A stretch of DNA of 64,000 nucleotides, taken from the NCBI GenBank assembly GCA_041649315.1, contig JBAZNJ010000003.1, forward strand, positions 38,690 to 102,689, given 5' to 3'. Below are positions 62,366 to 64,000 of this stretch, one piece after another. The first letter of the stretch is position 1; every line of letters starts with the position of its first letter. The notes beneath the pieces were generated by a model. The model ran no database searches and was not told where the DNA came from. It was given only the letters and a program-made list of their open reading frames with translations. The stretch is from Patescibacteria group bacterium. GTDB lineage: Bacteria > Patescibacteriota > Patescibacteriia > Patescibacteriales > UBA12465. A program made the translations under genes and the position numbers.

Positions 62366-63796
62366 ATGGATAAACAGGGTAGATATTCTATAATTCGTCA
62401 GCGCCAGGCGCATTTTAATCCTTATTATTGGAATTTAATAGCCTGTAAAAATCAACAGATGATTGATTGTTATGGCGTTAATCTTTCTGAACAGAGAATT
62501 ATTTTTTCTCCGGATAAGCCAATCTTTTCTTTTTTAGTTAGCGCAGATTTGGCGAGGGCATCATCGTATGTTACAGAACGGGTAGGCAAGTCGGCTGCTT
62601 ATTTTTTTAAGATAAAAGCCGCGACACGGCAGCGGGAAATAGTGATTAAAAAATTACTAAGAAAAATAGAAAGAGAAGATTGGCGGAAGATAGAGGACGA
62701 TAAATTGTTTAATTATTTATTAGAAATTAGAGATGCTTGGGTTAATTACGACTCCGCCAGTACTTTTATTTGGTTTGGCGCGGGGGAAGAAATAAAGACA
62801 ACTCTAGGCCAATTTTTACAGCTTCAAGGAGAAGAATTAAATATTTTTTTACAACCGGCGGCAAGTTACGTTAAAAAAATGGAAATTGATTTGTGGCGCG
62901 CCGCTTTGGATGATAAAACTCCACTTTCAGTCCGGGCCGCGCAATTAAGAAAAAAATATTGGTGGCTGCCGTTTGGTTACGATGGCCCGCAAACGTGGAC
63001 GGACGGGTATTTTTCTAAAAAGCTTAAGATCTATAAGAAATTTAGTTCGGACAAGATAAAATTGAATATTGCAAAAATTCGTACGGAAAAAATAAAAGAT
63101 TCACGAATTTTAATTAAAAAACTGCAGTCCAGTCCTTATTATTGGCGCTTATATTCGGCTTTTAAAGAAGGGGCTCGTTGGACGGATGAAAGAAAAAAAC
63201 TAATTTCCCCTTTGCATTATTATTACCATGTTATCTTAAAAGAAATTAGCCGCCGTTTAGATTTTCCTTTTTTGAATTTGAAATATTTAACGGTAGAAGA
63301 GATTTTAGAAATAGACAAAAAGAAAAGTTATATTTTAAAGTTATCAGCCGATCGAATGAATAAAGTATTTATGGCTGTAGGAAAAGGGGGTAAGGTCTTT
63401 TTTTCTAATCGTAAAGAATTGATCAAATATAAAAAAATTATTGCCATCCAGCCGTTGAGATCAGTAATATCTGGAGTTGTTGCTTGTCGTGGACCGAAGT
63501 TGAGATATATAGCCAAGGTGAAAATTCTTTTGTCATCACAAGAATATAAAAAATTAAGAGCCGGAGATTTTTTAGTTACTAGTATGACTACGCCCGATTT
63601 TGCTATAGCGATGAAAAAGGCAGCCGGTCTAATTACTGATGAAGGTGGAGCGACGTGTCATGCGGCGATTATGTCTAGAGAGATGGGGAAGCCCTGCATC
63701 GTGGCGACTAAAATCTCCACTAAAGTTTTTCATGACGGAGATCAGGTGGAAGTAGATACGGTAGAGGGAACTATTAAAATAATGAACAAGAAATAA
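62366..63796 (+). CDS. Swivel phosphohistidine-domain protein, paralog 4
   Basis: It starts 10 nt after AAA copy 2. The C-terminus is GVVACRGPKLRYIAKVKIL...GDFLVTSMTTPDFAIAMKKAAGLITDEGGATCHAAIMSREMGKPCIVATKISTKVFHDGDQVEVDTVEGTI. Confidence 0.7.
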   Translation: MDKQGRYSIIRQRQAHFNPYYWNLIACKNQQMIDCYGVNLSEQRIIFSPDKPIFSFLVSADLARASSYVTERVGKSAAYFFKIKAATRQREIVIKKLLRKIEREDWRKIEDDKLFNYLLEIRDAWVNYDSASTFIWFGAGEEIKTTLGQFLQLQGEELNIFLQPAASYVKKMEIDLWRAALDDKTPLSVRAAQLRKKYWWLPFGYDGPQTWTDGYFSKKLKIYKKFSSDKIKLNIAKIRTEKIKDSRILIKKLQSSPYYWRLYSAFKEGARWTDERKKLISPLHYYYHVILKEISRRLDFPFLNLKYLTVEEILEIDKKKSYILKLSADRMNKVFMAVGKGGKVFFSNRKELIKYKKIIAIQPLRSVISGVVACRGPKLRYIAKVKILLSSQEYKKLRAGDFLVTSMTTPDFAIAMKKAAGLITDEGGATCHAAIMSREMGKPCIVATKISTKVFHDGDQVEVDTVEGTIKIMNKK

Positions 63797-63799
63797 TAT

Positions 63800-64000
63800 A
63801 TGTACCAAAAAGAATTCACTCGCGATTTTTCTATAATAATGGAAGAAGTTTGGCATTACGCCATTTTTTCCGGGTTTAAAAAAGAATTTGGCTTTAGTTC
63901 GCCGCGCCGCCAGCCCCTGGTTTTTTATATTAAAGACGGAGCGATAGAAGTTTGGAGTGATAAAGCGGTTATTAATAGCTTGATTAGAAAGATAAATGTT
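63800..64000 (+). CDS. Probable fifth paralog of the swivel-domain family (N-terminal 67 codons only; runs off the window)
   Basis: The ATG at 63800 is 3 nt after paralog 4, and the frame is open to the window end. The N-terminal pattern DFSIIMEEVWHYAIFSGFKK...PLVFYIKDGAIEVWSDKAVINSLIRKI parallels paralog 3 (LDFHFSQIWLSAFVNDLQK...VLAIYHGDDLKFYYGSKDSDDFARHILSLI). It is not in the supplied ORF track. Confidence 0.45.
   Translation, partial: MYQKEFTRDFSIIMEEVWHYAIFSGFKKEFGFSSPRRQPLVFYIKDGAIEVWSDKAVINSLIRKINV

Noticed and set aside
1-64000. Alternative genetic code (UGA recoded, as in some CPR lineages)
   Set aside because: TGA terminates well-delimited genes (GT2 at 12497-12499, the ATP-grasp gene at 16825-16827), and all conserved genes are full-length under code 11.

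Overview
This is a gene-dense, AT-leaning 64-kb bacterial window, about 40% GC by eye. It uses the standard genetic code: TGA acts as a stop at 12497-12499 and 16825-16827. I infer a Candidate Phyla Radiation / Patescibacteria (Parcubacteria-like) genome. The reasons are: almost no Shine-Dalgarno motifs before start codons; housekeeping proteins carrying lineage-specific insertions; a fermentative core (four-subunit pyruvate:ferredoxin oxidoreductase, ADP-forming acetyl-CoA synthetase); archaeal-type RibL and AhcY; a TrbC/VirB2-type two-TM pilin; and a giant cysteine-rich surface protein. Well-supported core genes are rpoB-rpoC, murJ, lepA, recJ, rnhA, porGDAB, xth, leuS, rsmA, an NitT/TauT-type ABC importer, a PfkB kinase, ahcY and metK. 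Four accessory regions stand out. (1) 54.1-64.0 kb holds a duplicated module: an AAA ATPase with a DUF4143-type tail followed by stand-alone PEP-utilizing 'swivel' phosphohistidine-domain proteins. There are at least 5 paralogs. All four complete copies keep the catalytic His, and none has a recognisable ATP-grasp or PEP-binding partner domain. The module is interrupted by a tRNA-like element with no usable anticodon loop and is preceded by repeat-rich promoter regions. (2) 32.9-47.0 kb is a surface island containing a thrombospondin-type-3 Ca-binding repeat protein, a 2732-aa exported protein with ~98 cysteines, a lipoprotein, and a polytopic VirB6/TrbL-like membrane protein with two unknown partners. 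(3) A pilin-like gene with a 12-Cys C-terminal extension sits between porA and porB, in a minus-strand gene string that starts with a DsbA-like oxidoreductase. (4) 20.98-22.74 kb is an AT-rich two-gene islet with an HExxH (DUF4157-like) protein. Smaller non-coding signals include two promoter-plus-terminator-bounded small-RNA candidates on the minus strand, a perfect 19-bp palindrome made of two consensus DnaA boxes, and paired operator-like palindromes at the metK promoter. There is also a 114-nt hairpin after lepA and GC-rich in-frame insertions in otherwise AT-rich genes. No CRISPR array, rRNA, transposase or integrase was seen. All functional calls rest on motif recognition by eye; no database search was possible.
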